A stretch of 64,000 nt of DNA from Patescibacteria group bacterium (lineage in GTDB: Bacteria; Patescibacteriota; Dojkabacteria; J137). Every line of letters starts with the position of its first letter. The first letter of the stretch is position 1. Of the stretch, positions 62,287 through 64,000 are shown piece after piece. Under the pieces are notes generated by a model. The model was given only the letters and a program-made list of their open reading frames with translations. It made no database searches and had not been told where the DNA came from. The stretch covers positions 671,118-735,117 of the forward strand of contig BOLA01000001.1 of the NCBI GenBank assembly GCA_016861265.1. The letters run 5' to 3'. Position numbers and translations under genes: made by a program.

Positions 62287-62940
62287 TTCCTATAGTCAAC
62301 AGGTCTAGGTACACATAAAATCATGTTTTAGGGGAATTTGTAAATAATCACCACTTAAGTGTAAAAGTCTAGATTTTGAGTTCTTTAACATATTTCAAGC
62401 TCAGCTACATGTTACTAAATATAAGGGATATTATACTCAGTAAGATTGCACTGCTCAAGAAGAGTGGTTATTACTACTCTAGCCTAATCTGTATGTACTT
62501 TTAAAAGCTTGTCCAAGAAATTAATTTAGTGAAAATATTAATTATTTTTACATTTCCCTAATTTCTTTAGAATTAAAAATGTTTTTATTATCACTTTTGG
62601 CTGTTTCGTATATGCTAGGGATTTTTTATATGAAATCCTCTACTTACTTTAAATCTGACAAATTTTGACACCTACCAATGTAGGCTTTTAAATATGACAT
62701 GCCTTAAATCGCATTTAAACTCGATTTTTCTATAAGCTTTTGTTACTAAAGGAATAGAGAGCTTATAGAGATTAATTGTTTAAATCTAGGGGCTTTTAAG
62801 AGATGAAACAGAAAATCCAGTGAAAACTTATAGTAAGTTCACTAAGTTTTTTTATCAAAATCAAATATGAGAATAAATTCTTATGAAGATTATTAAATAT
62901 AATTTACTGAGTATAATTTTTCTTGGAAATATACAAAAAA

Positions 62941-62970
62941 TCCCGGCAATTGCCGGGATTCAATTTTTTA
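62941..62970. terminator. Bidirectional terminator hairpin between the convergent membrane-protein gene and gyrA
   Basis: TCCCGGCAATTGCCGGGA flanked by an A-run and a T-run. Confidence 0.65.
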
Positions 62971-62977
62971 TTATTTA

Positions 62978-64000
62978 TTAAACAATAGTTGCTGCAGTCA
63001 CCTTGTCGCCATCTTTAACCCTCATTAATGTGACACCAGATGTTTGTCTATTCCTAGATGGTAATTCATTTGTCGGTATCCTTACAGCTTGACCCTTGGA
63101 ACTTAAAATTAGCAACTCCTTTTGTGGATGATCTAATATTCTAGCTACAACAAGATTTCCAGTCTTCTTATTTACTTTCGCAGCAAATATTCCAGAACCA
63201 CCACGATTTTGAATTGTAAATTGTTCTAAATTAGTAACTTTACCAAAGCCATTTTCAGATATGGTTAACATTAGATCTTCCTTTTTTCTAACTACATCCA
63301 TAGATATAACTTCGTCTGACTCCTTAAGTTTAATACCTCTAACGCCCTGTGAGGCTCTTCCTGTCTCCCTTACATCGGCTTCTTTAAAGTGAATTGACTT
63401 TGCTTCCTTTGTTACTAAAATAACTTCACTTTCACCGGTTGTTGGTTTGACCCAAATAAGATCATCACCTTCTGTTAAGGCAATTGCTATTAAACCATTG
63501 GATCTAATATTATCGAATTCTTTTAGTTCTGTTTTCTTTACAGTACCTTTCTTAGTAGCCATGAATAGATATTTGTATTCTTTTCCATGATTTTCTCGTT
63601 TTTCTTCACCTTCTTGTTGTATTTCCTCATCAAGAATATTTCCATGAGCATTTCTTGTTAGAACTGAAGTAATCAATTCGCCCTGGGAAATGTTAGCTAA
63701 GTTTACCAATGGAATTCCTTTTGCAGTTCTTGATGCTTCTGGAATGTCGAATACCTTTAATGAGTAAACTTTTCCAAGATTGCTGAAGAACAAGATCTCA
63801 TCGTGAGTAGAGCAACTAAATACATGTCTAATTGAGTCTTCATCTTTAGTTGTTTGGGCTTTTACACCTACTCCACCTCGTTTTTGAGCCTTGTAAGTAT
63901 CGTCTTTTACTCTTTTTATATAACCTTGCGTACTTATTGTTACAAAGGTCTGTTCTTCAGTAATTAGATCTTCTTCGCTAAATTCATCAACATCACCCTT
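62978..64000 (-). CDS. gyrA: DNA gyrase subunit A, C-terminal beta-pinwheel domain. The gene continues beyond the window end.
   Basis: The frame stays open to base 64000. Repeated blade motifs are present, and the GyrA-box-like AQKRGGVGV sits near the window edge. Confidence 0.7.
   Translation of the reverse strand, partial: KGDVDEFSEEDLITEEQTFVTISTQGYIKRVKDDTYKAQKRGGVGVKAQTTKDEDSIRHVFSCSTHDEILFFSNLGKVYSLKVFDIPEASRTAKGIPLVNLANISQGELITSVLTRNAHGNILDEEIQQEGEEKRENHGKEYKYLFMATKKGTVKKTELKEFDNIRSNGLIAIALTEGDDLIWVKPTTGESEVILVTKEAKSIHFKEADVRETGRASQGVRGIKLKESDEVISMDVVRKKEDLMLTISENGFGKVTNLEQFTIQNRGGSGIFAAKVNKKTGNLVVARILDHPQKELLILSSKGQAVRIPTNELPSRNRQTSGVTLMRVKDGDKVTAATIV

Overview
This is a low-GC (~33-35%), gene-dense bacterial chromosome segment with a reduced, CPR/Patescibacteria-like character. 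The rpsF-ssb-rpsR cluster has no rplI, tsf-frr has no pyrH, and the 16S 515 region is divergent. The window holds a complete 16S-tRNAIle-tRNAAla-23S-5S rRNA operon, eight more tRNAs, ribosomal protein clusters (rplKAJL, nusG-secE, rpmG, rpmB, rpsB-tsf-frr, rpsF-ssb-rpsR, rpsU, rpmE, rpsA) and core replication and recombination genes (polA, dnaX-ybaB-recR, dnaB, topA, dprA, ruvCAB, partial gyrA). It also encodes cell-envelope and proteostasis genes (partial ftsH, clpC, rho, two mreB copies, mrdA, an LCP protein, a LysM-M23 peptidase, rseP, ctpA). The outstanding accessory feature is a tightly packed eight-gene minus-strand operon (22106-29689) directly downstream of rplL, where rpoBC normally sits. 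It encodes a standalone 7TM protein, a RimK-like ATP-grasp ligase fused to a retropepsin-like (DTGA) protease domain, two tandem paralogous ATP-grasp enzymes, a pyruvyl-transferase-like protein, GT2 and GT4 glycosyltransferases, and a FemAB/GNAT-like acyltransferase. I read this as a candidate system for an amino-acid- or peptide-decorated surface glycan, or a peptide-tagging system. Other notable items are a ~430-bp GC-rich (55-60%) island with its own extended -10 promoter, Shine-Dalgarno site and a perfect 26-nt palindrome; a frameshifted second mreB copy; a split comEC; a promoter-hairpin-T-run element in the rho leader; and a membrane-anchored DeoR-type HTH protein just upstream of the rRNA promoter.
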